A DNA stretch of 64,000 bases from Dehalococcoidia bacterium (GTDB lineage: Bacteria; Chloroflexota; Dehalococcoidia; SM23-28-2; RBG-16-64-32), in NCBI GenBank assembly GCA_963665775.2, contig CAXXTF010000002.1, positions 683,255 to 747,254 on the forward strand. Direction: 5' to 3'. Below, in pieces: positions 37,296 through 50,082 of this stretch (position 1 is its first letter; each line of letters opens with the position of its first letter). Position numbers and translations under genes: made by a program. The notes beneath the pieces are model-generated. The model made no database searches, was not told the origin of the DNA, and saw only the letters and a list, made by a program, of their open reading frames with translations.

Positions 37296-38504
37296 ATGAC
37301 CGACACTACGTATCCCATCGTCTACGGAACGACCTGGTGCCCAGACTGCGAGCGCTCCAAGCGGTTCCTGGGTGAGCATCGCATCCCCTACACCTGGGTC
37401 GATGTAGAACAGGACGCCCAGGGGATGAGCCGCATCATAGAACTGAACAACGGCAAGCAGGCGGTCCCCACTATCGTATTTCAGGATAGCTCCGTCCTCG
37501 TTGAACCCTCCAACGCGGAGCTGGCGACCCAACTCGCCATCCCCACGAAGGCGGAGCGCGACTTCTACGACCTTATCATCATCGGCGGCGGGCCCGCTGG
37601 CCTCACCGCCGCCCTCTACACCGCCCGCGAGGGGATCGACACCCTCATCCTGGATCGCTCCGGCCTCGGCGGCCAGGCCGCCATCACCGAACGCCTGGAC
37701 AACTTCCCCGGCTTCCCCGAGGGGGTGTCCGGCGCCGAGCTCGCCGACCGGCTCCAGCGGCAGGCCGAGCGCTTCGGCGTCGAGACGGTAGGCGCTGCCG
37801 ACATCGGCCATCTCTGGACCGAGGGCGGCTATGTCTGCCTCACAACCCGTGAGGGGCACGAGTACGGAGCTTACGCGGCCCTCATCGCCACCGGCTCCAC
37901 CTACAGGCGGCTGGACGTCCCCGGCGAGGACGACTTCATCGGCGCCGGCATCCACTTCTGCGCCACCTGCGACGCCGCCTTCTACAAGGACGTCCAGGAG
38001 CTATTGGTTATCGGCGGCGGTAACTCGGCCACAGAGGAGGGGCTCTTCCTCACCAAGTTCGCCCAGAAGGTAACCCTGGTCACCGTCGACTCCGATCTCA
38101 GCGCCAGCTCTATCCTCCGCGAGAAGGTGAAGAGCCACCCCCAGATGAACGTCGTCTACAACACCACCGTGGCCGAATTCAGGGGCGACAAGCGTTTGGA
38201 GGCCGTGATCCTCAAGGATAAGAAGACCGGCGAGACCCGGGAGACGCGCCCTGCCGGCGTCTTCGTATTCATCGGCATGACTCCCAACACCCGATTCCTC
38301 CAGGGGAACGGCGTCAAGCTCAACCAGTGGGGGTTCATCGAGACCAACGACCAGCTGCGCACCAGCATGGACGGAGTGTTCGCCGCCGGCGACGTCCGGG
38401 CCGGAGCGACGAAGCAGGCCGCCTCCGCAGCCGGCGAGGGGGCCACAGCCGCCCTCGCCATCCGCACTCACCTGCAGCGGCGCTCGCCATCACGCGAAAT
38501 GTGA
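37296..38504 (+). CDS. Glutaredoxin-like domain fused to a thioredoxin-reductase-type flavoprotein
   Basis: GAGGAGGG RBS. N-terminal about 85 aa with WCPDC. Then IIIGGGPAGLTAALY, redox CATC, VIGGGNSATEE, AAGDV. The position of the E. coli HRRDGFRA motif reads TVDSDLSA. Confidence 0.85.
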   Translation: MTDTTYPIVYGTTWCPDCERSKRFLGEHRIPYTWVDVEQDAQGMSRIIELNNGKQAVPTIVFQDSSVLVEPSNAELATQLAIPTKAERDFYDLIIIGGGPAGLTAALYTAREGIDTLILDRSGLGGQAAITERLDNFPGFPEGVSGAELADRLQRQAERFGVETVGAADIGHLWTEGGYVCLTTREGHEYGAYAALIATGSTYRRLDVPGEDDFIGAGIHFCATCDAAFYKDVQELLVIGGGNSATEEGLFLTKFAQKVTLVTVDSDLSASSILREKVKSHPQMNVVYNTTVAEFRGDKRLEAVILKDKKTGETRETRPAGVFVFIGMTPNTRFLQGNGVKLNQWGFIETNDQLRTSMDGVFAAGDVRAGATKQAASAAGEGATAALAIRTHLQRRSPSREM

Positions 38505-38567
38505 GCGGAGGCGGACCGGCCGCCACAGAGCGTACCTGATCTCCGCGCCCGGACCCGAGCCTTAGAA

Positions 38568-39287
38568 TTAGGATTCCCGCGCCCGATCCGCGCGAAGCTC
38601 CTTCCGCTGCACCCAGCGCATCTCCGCCGGCGTAACCACCAGCACATCGACCGGCCCGCCCACGGAAGGGAACCGCGGCTCGAACCGCATCGTCTCAATG
38701 GTGGTGCGGATCAGGTGGACGGAGTAGTCCACGGCATCCTGTAACGGCATCGCCGCAAAGAGGGGTAGGTGGCTCTGGTCGATCAGCCGGTTCGCCACCA
38801 TGATCTCGCCGCTACGCAGAATCCCGTACTGCACCTTCCCCTCCTCGTTCACGTTGACCCGTCGCACTCCGGCCTCCCTCGTGGTGTGCCCGACGAAGAC
38901 GTAAGGGACCCTGATCCGGCCCTCCAGACGGTAACCGGCCATATGGAACCCCACGCTGACCTTGGGGAAGTTCCCCTGAAAATACGCCAGGAACTTCTCC
39001 CCGGCGGAGATCACATCGTCGTCCTCGCTGATCGCCTCCTCCTCGAAGCGACGCACGTGGCTGTCCACCGGCTGGTTGTTGATTACCCCGGCGTCGTAAG
39101 CACTCACCCCCACCCCGATGCTCTCCAGCGCCACCACCTTATAGGCGTTATCCGAAAGCACAAGCTGCTGCTGCACCCGTGTCTTCTGCTCTCCCTCGGT
39201 CCGCTCCTCGGAGCGCAGCACCGTCATCCGTGAGTCGGCGGTCAGGACGATACCGCTGGGAACGTACACTGTTACCACTAACGACAT
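38568..39287 (-). CDS. Proteasome beta-subunit/HslV-like Ntn-hydrolase homologue (orphan)
   Basis: GGGTGAGGT RBS. The N-terminus MSLVVTVYVPSGIVLTADSR aligns by eye with the mature beta-subunit pattern TT[IV]x[GA][IV]....G[IV]VLAADTR. Later AYKVV (Lys33-like) and SVGGPVDVLVV (SGG-like) motifs. Confidence 0.65.
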   Translation of the reverse strand: MSLVVTVYVPSGIVLTADSRMTVLRSEERTEGEQKTRVQQQLVLSDNAYKVVALESIGVGVSAYDAGVINNQPVDSHVRRFEEEAISEDDDVISAGEKFLAYFQGNFPKVSVGFHMAGYRLEGRIRVPYVFVGHTTREAGVRRVNVNEEGKVQYGILRSGEIMVANRLIDQSHLPLFAAMPLQDAVDYSVHLIRTTIETMRFEPRFPSVGGPVDVLVVTPAEMRWVQRKELRADRARES

Positions 39288-39406
39288 CTTGGAACCTCAC
39301 CCGCATCCTAGCCGATTGGCCATCGCCCGCCAAGCCAGCGAGCCGAGTCTGCGCCTGCGTTATAATAGGAGCGGCCCCCACTGAGGGTTCGGAGCCGACT
39401 ACCTGA

Positions 39407-40729
39407 ATGTCGATACCATATACGAATAGCGCAACTGCCCTCGCCTCACAGCAAGAGGCGAGCCAGCTAAGTGGCATAGGCCACGAACTGGCGATCGTCA
39501 TCCTCGCCGTTAGCATACTCGCCTACGCCCTGGTTAACAGCGTGGAGATCGCCATCGTCGCCGTGAACCGCATTCGCGTCCGGCACCTCGTCGAAAGCGG
39601 CAGCCTGGCCGCCAGGGCCATCCAGCGGCTCCAGGAACGCCAGGAGCGCTTCTTCGCCTTCATCGTCCTGTTGCAGAACCTCTCCGTGGTCACCGCCTCC
39701 GCCATGGGCAGCCTCCTGGCCATCGACACGGTAGGCGGCGTCGAAGGCTTCATCCTGGGCGCCGTGGTGATGACCATCGGCATCGCCCTCCTGGGCGAAA
39801 TTACACCCAAGATCCTCGCCGCCCACGCCGGCGAGCGCTACCCGCTGCTGGTCGCCCGGCCGGTGGAGATACTGATGCAGCTCTTCAACCCGCTGGTGAT
39901 CGTGTTAGCCGCCGCCCCCACCTTCCTCTCCCGGCTCCTGTTCGGGTCCAACACCGGCCTCAGCCAAACCGTCAGCGAGGCCGAGCTTCGAATGCTCATC
40001 GACATCGCCGCCGAAGAACGCATGGTGGAGGAGCACGAGGCCGAGCTCCTGGACCGCGTATTCCGCTTCGGCGACCGCCGCGCAAACGAGGTGATGATCC
40101 CCCGCACCGAGATCGTCTGGCTGGCGAGGGGAACCATCGTTGGCGACTTCTATAAGACCTTCGCCGGCACCCCTCACTCACGCTTCCCCGTGTTCGAGCA
40201 GACCCCGGACAACGTGGTCGGCGTAGTGGGGATAAAGGATGTCCTGCGAGGCCTCGCCGAGGGGCAGATCGAGAGTGACTCCGCAATCGACTGGGCGATG
40301 CGGCCGACCCTCTTCGTCCCCGAGACGAAGTTCGTCGGCGCCCTCTTCTCCGAGATGCAGCGAAGCGGCCACCAGCTGGCCATTATCGTTGACGAATACG
40401 GTGGCACCGCCGGCTTAGTCACCCTGGAGATGCTCCTGGAGGAGATCGTGGGCTCCGTCAGCGACGAGCTTCGCCGCCACGAGGAGGAGTTCGTCACCGT
40501 GGACGAGCGCACCTTCCGCATCGACGCCGGCATGGCGATCCATGACGTGAACGAGGAGCTGGAGCTGGCCTTGCCGGCGGGCGATTATGAGACGGTGGCC
40601 GGGTTTGTCCTCAGCCAGATGGGCCACATCCCCAAGGAGGGCGAGCAGTTCACGTTCAACGGCCTGCGCATCGCCATCACACAGGTAGACGGCCGCAAGG
40701 TAGAGGAAGTCACCGTCACTCGCCTGTAG
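39407..40729 (+). CDS. CNNM/HlyC-CorC family transporter (DUF21 + CBS pair + CorC_HlyC)
   Basis: DUF21 TM region (EIAIVAVNRIRV), a CBS pair, and a C-terminal transporter-associated domain (GRKVEEVTVTRL). Confidence 0.85.
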   Translation: MSIPYTNSATALASQQEASQLSGIGHELAIVILAVSILAYALVNSVEIAIVAVNRIRVRHLVESGSLAARAIQRLQERQERFFAFIVLLQNLSVVTASAMGSLLAIDTVGGVEGFILGAVVMTIGIALLGEITPKILAAHAGERYPLLVARPVEILMQLFNPLVIVLAAAPTFLSRLLFGSNTGLSQTVSEAELRMLIDIAAEERMVEEHEAELLDRVFRFGDRRANEVMIPRTEIVWLARGTIVGDFYKTFAGTPHSRFPVFEQTPDNVVGVVGIKDVLRGLAEGQIESDSAIDWAMRPTLFVPETKFVGALFSEMQRSGHQLAIIVDEYGGTAGLVTLEMLLEEIVGSVSDELRRHEEEFVTVDERTFRIDAGMAIHDVNEELELALPAGDYETVAGFVLSQMGHIPKEGEQFTFNGLRIAITQVDGRKVEEVTVTRL

Positions 40730-40804
40730 GGGAGGCCCCACCTCGTCGACAAACGAACGACAGGTGGACATTCTCGCCGCGGCCGAACCGCCCACCGCCA
40801 GCTC

Positions 40805-41506
40805 ATGAAAGCACAGCGCCTGCGCCTCCGCTACCGCGTCCCGGCCCACGCCTCCGCCCTCACCAACCGCCAGCTCATGCAGGCTTGGCAGGAGGCGGCC
40901 GAGTCTGCCGCCCTTCCCCTCGCCTACTCCCAGGCCAAGCGCGCCACGCCGCAGATCTCCATCGCCGCACCGCTCCCCCTTGGCGTGACCTCCGATGGCG
41001 AACTGGCGGACATCTTCCTGGCGGAGCGGGTGGAGCCCCGCGACGTCCCGATGCGCCTCTCCCAGACCCTACCCCACGGTCTGGAAGCCCTCGCCGCCTG
41101 GGAGGTGGGGCTGACGGCGCCCTCCCTCCAATCTCAGCTCCGCTGGGCTGAGTACGAGGTGGACGTGCCCACCGGTGGCCTGAGCCCGGACGATGCGCGG
41201 CTCGCCATCGACCGCCTCCTGGAGGCGCGGACCTTCCCTTGGGAGCAGCGCCGGGAGACCAAGGTCCGCCGCTATGACCTGCGCCCCCTCATCCTGGATC
41301 TGTGCTTGAATGGGGAGGGCGAAGGTCATCTCCAGCTCGCTATGCGCCTGCGGGCCGAACAGGAGATGACCGGCCGCGCCGATCAGGTCGTGGCGGCGCT
41401 GGCCCTTCCCCAACCGGCACGCATCCATCGCCGCCTTCTCTACCTAGAGGAGACCTCGCCGGCCGTCCTCGCCTACCGTCGCCTGGGCCAGCCCGACCTC
41501 GGCTAG
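40805..41506 (+). CDS. TIGR03936/DUF2344 radical-SAM-linked protein
   Basis: RLRLRY......ALTNRQLMQAWQEA...LPLAYSQ...PQISIAAPLPLGVTSDGE pattern recalled for this family. Confidence 0.75.
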   Translation: MKAQRLRLRYRVPAHASALTNRQLMQAWQEAAESAALPLAYSQAKRATPQISIAAPLPLGVTSDGELADIFLAERVEPRDVPMRLSQTLPHGLEALAAWEVGLTAPSLQSQLRWAEYEVDVPTGGLSPDDARLAIDRLLEARTFPWEQRRETKVRRYDLRPLILDLCLNGEGEGHLQLAMRLRAEQEMTGRADQVVAALALPQPARIHRRLLYLEETSPAVLAYRRLGQPDLG

Positions 41507-41541
41507 TCGACGGGACGGGCTGCTTCTCGTATCCTGTCCCC

Positions 41542-42156
41542 GTGCGCCTCTTCCTGATCCGCCACGGGGAGACCGAGTCCAACCGCCTGGGCCTCGCCCT
41601 GGGCCGCGCTGATATCCCCCTCAACGAACGCGGCCGCTGGCAGGCCCAGCGGCTAGCCCGCGCCCTGGCCCCTGAAACCTTCGCCGCCATCTACTCCAGC
41701 CCCCTCTCCCGTGCCAGGAACACCGCCCACCCCATCGCCCAGCGGCACGGCCTCACAGTTCAGGTCGAGGCCGGCCTCATGGAGATGGACATCGGCGACA
41801 CCGAGGGGCTCCCTTTTGCCGATGTCCGCACCCGCTTTCCCGGCCTCCTGGAGAGATGGACCGGTCCGGACGGGCCCGCCCAGCCCATGCCTGGCGGCGA
41901 GCGCCTCATCGATGTGCAGGCACGCGCCTGGCAGAGCATCCAGGCGATAACCTCTCGTCACCCAGAGGAGGCGGCCTGCGCCGTAACCCACAACTTCGTC
42001 ATCCTCTCCATCCTCACCCGTGTCCTGGATATCGACCTGGCCGACTTCAGGCAGCTGCGCCACTCCGTCGGGGCCATCAGCGTATTAGAATTCCGACCGG
42101 AGGGCGCCCGCGTCCTGAGGCTGAACGACACCTGTCACCTGGACACCGCGGACTAA
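41542..42156 (+). CDS. Histidine phosphatase family protein (phosphoglycerate-mutase-like / CobC-like)
   Basis: GTG start. LIRHGET.SN catalytic motif, SSPLSRA, VTHNFVI. Confidence 0.8.
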   Translation: MRLFLIRHGETESNRLGLALGRADIPLNERGRWQAQRLARALAPETFAAIYSSPLSRARNTAHPIAQRHGLTVQVEAGLMEMDIGDTEGLPFADVRTRFPGLLERWTGPDGPAQPMPGGERLIDVQARAWQSIQAITSRHPEEAACAVTHNFVILSILTRVLDIDLADFRQLRHSVGAISVLEFRPEGARVLRLNDTCHLDTAD

Positions 42157-42235
42157 CCTCTTCTCAGGCTAGACGTTCTTACCTATTGCCCAAGCAGCCG
42201 TCTCGTGATACCATACCGACGAACTAAAGGAGCAC

Positions 42236-42595
42236 GTGTCTAAGCCCTTACCGAAAGTCTCTACGGCCCACCTGATTCTGGTGGCGACGGCCCTTGTGGT
42301 CGTCTACTTCCTGACAGCCGGCACCCTCAACCTCATCCGCTCCCAGCAGCTCCGGCAACAGGAGAGCGGCCTGGAGGCCGATATACAGCAGATACAGCAA
42401 CACTACCAACGGCTGCAAGACCTGCGGCTGTACCTGAGCTCCGACCAGTACATCGAGACTATCGCCCGCCAGCAACTGGGCCTCGTGCAGGAAGGCGAGA
42501 GCGGCTTCGTCATCATCTCCACTCTCCCCGCACCCACACCCGCCCCCGGCGAGGAGGCTGAGCCGGAGCTCTGGTGGGACGTCATCACCCGCTGA
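42236..42595 (+). CDS. ftsB: Septum formation initiator FtsB/DivIC family protein
   Basis: AAAGGAG RBS, GTG start. One TM helix, a coiled coil, and YIETIARQQLGLV. Confidence 0.75.
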   Translation: MSKPLPKVSTAHLILVATALVVVYFLTAGTLNLIRSQQLRQQESGLEADIQQIQQHYQRLQDLRLYLSSDQYIETIARQQLGLVQEGESGFVIISTLPAPTPAPGEEAEPELWWDVITR

Positions 42596-42649
42596 GGTAG
42601 ACCCAAACGCGATACAATCAGGGCGACGGTCTCATCGTCCTGATCTGCC

Positions 42650-44116
42650 ATGCCCGAGCCTGAATCGCAGCCGCCCCCTCTCGATAGCCCCCCTGACACC
42701 CCCTTCCCGGAGGCCCTGTCACGGCGCCTCCTGGCGTTCATCCGTGCCCGCGACATCCTCAGGGGCGGCGAGCACATCCTCGTCGCCGTCTCCGGCGGCC
42801 CCGATTCCACCGCCCTCCTCCTCCTCCTGGCCGGCCTCCGCCCCCACCTCGACATCACGCTCACCGTGGCCCACTTCGACCACCTGCTACGCTCCCGTCG
42901 AGAGGCTGCCCAGGATCGGGCCTTCGTCCGAACCCTGGCCGAGTCCCAAGCCATCCCCATCGTCTGTGGCCGTGGCGATGTCGCCGCCCGAGCCAGGCGC
43001 GCCCACGAATCCCTGGAGGAAGCGGCCCGCCGCCTCCGCTACAACTTCCTCGGACAGCGGGCCAAACGCATCGCTGCCGATCTGGTCGCCCTGGGCCATA
43101 CCCGAGACGATCGTGCCGAGAGCGTCCTTCTCCACCTGCTGCGGGGCAGCGGCCTGGACGGCCTCGTCGGCATGCGGCCACTCTCCCCCTGGCCCTTCGG
43201 CCGCGGCCCAGCCGTCGCCCGACCCCTTCTCGCCCTGACCCATAGCGACACCGAGCGCTACTGCCGCGAGGCCGGCGTCACACCCCGCCGGGACCCCACC
43301 AACGACCTCCCTGACGCCACCCGCAACCGCCTCCGCCTGGAGATCCTACCCCATCTGCGCCGGATAAACCCCCGCGTCGAGGAGGCCCTGGACCGACTGG
43401 CCGAGGCCACCGCCACAGATGTCGATTACCTTGAGGAAGCGACGGCTGCCGCCTGGGACCGCCTCGCCCAGCGAGAGAGGGTGGGGGTTCGATTCCCGCG
43501 CGATGAGATCGCCGCCCTCCCCCCGGCCCTCACCGTCCGGCTCATCCGCCGCGCCGCTGCCCTCCTCTCCAGCGGCCCCGCCAACCTGGAGATGAGCCAC
43601 ATCCGGGCCGTCCTGGCAACCCTGAACCGCCGTCGCGGACTCGTCTCCCTACCCCAGAACCTCAGCGCCACCCTGGATTCCCGCTACCTCCGCATCATCA
43701 AGGGGAAGCCCCTGCCCCAGCCCGGACTCCCTGAGACGGCGCTACCAGTGCCCGGTCGCACACGCGTCGGGCCCTGGTACGTGGAGACAGAGATCGTCTC
43801 CGCCCCGGCCCTGCCACAGAACGCCGCCAGCCTAGAGGCCTTCCTGGACGCGGACGCTGTCGCCGCCGGCCTCTCCGTACGCTCCCGGCGGCCGGGGGAC
43901 CGGCTACGGCCCCTGGGCCTGGGTGGCGAGAAGAAGCTGCAGGACATCCTGGTAGACGCCAAGGTACCGTTAGAGCAACGCAGCACCGTGCCGCTCGTCT
44001 GCGCGGAGTGGGGCATCGCCTGGATCGTCGGCCACCGGCTCGACCAGCGGGCCGCCATCACCCCTGCCACGCGCCAGGCCGTTCACCTGCGCTTCCGGCC
44101 TCTCAGGGGGCATTGA
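42650..44116 (+). CDS. tilS: tRNA(Ile)-lysidine synthase
   Basis: VAVSGGPDSTALL PP-loop, GHTRDD, C-terminal TilS domain (GLGGEKKLQDILVDAKVP). Confidence 0.9.
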   Translation: MPEPESQPPPLDSPPDTPFPEALSRRLLAFIRARDILRGGEHILVAVSGGPDSTALLLLLAGLRPHLDITLTVAHFDHLLRSRREAAQDRAFVRTLAESQAIPIVCGRGDVAARARRAHESLEEAARRLRYNFLGQRAKRIAADLVALGHTRDDRAESVLLHLLRGSGLDGLVGMRPLSPWPFGRGPAVARPLLALTHSDTERYCREAGVTPRRDPTNDLPDATRNRLRLEILPHLRRINPRVEEALDRLAEATATDVDYLEEATAAAWDRLAQRERVGVRFPRDEIAALPPALTVRLIRRAAALLSSGPANLEMSHIRAVLATLNRRRGLVSLPQNLSATLDSRYLRIIKGKPLPQPGLPETALPVPGRTRVGPWYVETEIVSAPALPQNAASLEAFLDADAVAAGLSVRSRRPGDRLRPLGLGGEKKLQDILVDAKVPLEQRSTVPLVCAEWGIAWIVGHRLDQRAAITPATRQAVHLRFRPLRGH

Positions 44117-44141
44117 CATGCCGCCCGGGCAGTAGTATAAA
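44113..44141 (+). promoter_or_regulatory. Putative rRNA operon promoter (TTGACA-17 nt-TATAAA)
   Basis: Consensus -35 overlapping the tilS stop codon and TATAAA at 44136-44141, about 170 nt upstream of the 16S 5' end. Confidence 0.55.
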
Positions 44142-44311
44142 AGGTAGGACAACAGCGCTCTTTAATAAGTTTGCGAAGGCGCCCGTCGATTCGGCGGAAG
44201 AGTTGAGGAGACCGGTGGTTTGTGTTGTTGTCTTTCTGTACCTTAACAGCTGAATAGTGGAAGGAAGTGCGAGGCTCTAGTCTATATAGGCTAGGTGAAA
44301 ACACGAAATCT

Positions 44312-45811
<1,500 letters not shown>

Positions 45812-46180
45812 CTAGGGAGATGCACACACGGGCCTTTACAGGCCTCGTCACCTCCTAGGTCGGCCCCCGAACTTAGTTCGGGGACAAGCATGAAAAAACT
45901 GCCAAGCACTTCCTTCCGCTATCCAGCCGTTAAGGTACCTTTGCGTCTGTCACAACCGGCGCACCTGAGATCGCAATAACGTACAGGGGAACGCTCCCGC
46001 GATGAGGTATCGACGTTGGCCGGAGCCACTGCTCACCGAGGAAGCCCAGGAGCAAGTGGACTACCTCTACGACGCTGCCAGGCAGATGCAAGCGCAACCC
46101 GACAAAGCTAAGAAGACGTTGGAGTAGATAACCTCGGCGCTCTGCCGCCGCCACACCTAGTGAACAGCGATCAGACAATC

Positions 46181-46257
46181 GGGCGATTAGCTCAGCTGGT
46201 TAGAGCGCGGTCCTGATAAGGCCGAGGTCGGTGGTTCGAGTCCACCATCGCCCACCA
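46181..46257 (+). tRNA. tRNA-Ile (GAT), CCA encoded
   Basis: Cloverleaf read by hand. Acceptor GGGCGAT/ATCGCCC, anticodon loop CTGATAA, T-arm GGTTCGAGTCC. Confidence 0.95.
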
Positions 46258-46271
46258 CACCACAAGCCAGA

Positions 46272-46347
46272 GGGGCCGTAGCTCAGTTGGGAGAGCGCCG
46301 CCTTTGCAAGGCGGATGTCGGGGGTTCGAGTCCCCCCGGCTCCACCA
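46272..46347 (+). tRNA. tRNA-Ala (TGC), CCA encoded
   Basis: Acceptor GGGGCCG/CGGCTCC with G3:U70, anticodon loop TTTGCAA, T-arm GGTTCGAGTCC. Confidence 0.95.
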
Positions 46348-46570
46348 GAACCTTGACAGCCGCGGGTGGTAAGGGTATAAAGAGTATGTTAATGACCCTC
46401 CACGACACTGGCTAGCTCCAGCTCCGACTGAGGCCCTCGGCGAATCGGCCTGCATCAGGCCGATTTCTCATGAGTGCGAAGTTGTCGTGAGGAACCACGC
46501 AGCTTAACAAACGAATAGAGAGATGACCTGAGGGATCCCAAGAACCGCGTTGTGGCGGTAATGGAGTGGT

Positions 46571-49580
<3,010 letters not shown>

Positions 49581-49631
49581 CACTCCATTACCCCCACAAC
49601 ACCCTCAACCATCTCTCTATTCGTCGCCCAT

Positions 49632-49706
49632 CGCGGGGTGGAGCAGCGGCAGCTCGCCGGGCTCATAACCCGGAGGTCGTGGGTTCGAGTCCCACCCCCG
49701 CTACCA
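49632..49706 (+). tRNA. Initiator tRNA-fMet (CAT), CCA encoded, located between 23S and 5S
   Basis: CGCGGGG 5' end with a C1xU72 mismatch. Three G:C pairs closing the anticodon stem (GGG-CTCATAA-CCC). T-arm GGTTCGAGTCC. Confidence 0.9.
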
Positions 49707-49797
49707 CCAAAAACACGGTCGGCAAGCTGAGAGACCATGAGGCTGCGATCCAGCCTCCAACCTCCAGCTTCCGACCCTCCCAATTGGCGATAAAGGC

Positions 49798-49917
49798 TCC
49801 TGGTGGCCAGAGCGAGGCGGCCCCACCCGTTCCCATCCCGAACACGGAAGTGAAACGCCTCAGCGCCGACGATACTGCCCGGGCAACTGGGTGTGGAAAA
49901 TAGGCCGCTGCCAGGGG
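49798..49917 (+). rRNA. rrf: 5S ribosomal RNA
   Basis: CCTGGTGGCC...CCCGTTCCCATCCCGAACACGGAAGTGAAAC...GCCGCTGCCAGG. Helix I pairs the two ends. About 118 nt. Confidence 0.9.
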
Positions 49918-49925
49918 CCTTTTTC
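49902..49925 (+). terminator. Stem (AGGCC/GGCCT) plus T-run at the 3' end of 5S: probable rrn operon terminator
   Basis: AGGCCGCTGCCAGGGGCCT followed by TTTTCT, read directly. The short stem partly overlaps 5S helix I. Confidence 0.4.
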
Positions 49926-49976
49926 TCTACCCCATTCCCCTTCACTACCTCCTCCCCTATCCCCCTAGAAGCGTTC

Positions 49977-49985
49977 TGCTATAAT
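49977..49985 (+). promoter_or_regulatory. Extended -10 element TGCTATAAT upstream of rpsA
   Basis: TGnTATAAT read directly. No good -35. Would give a leader of about 90 nt before ATG 50083. Confidence 0.3.
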
Positions 49986-50082
49986 GGACACCGGAAGCTC
50001 GCGAGGGCTGAACCCATCCCGACTGGAGGTAGCGCACTTGACTTCTGAACAGGCACAAGGAGGAACACCGCCTGGAGACGAG

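Noticed and set aside
41542-42156. Histidine phosphatase superfamily protein considered as the missing histidinol-phosphate phosphatase
   Set aside because: The family name refers to the catalytic His, not the substrate. The gene is 23 kb from the his operon, between a DUF2344 gene and ftsB, with no linkage to histidine genes. The operon-embedded PLC-like protein is the better candidate.
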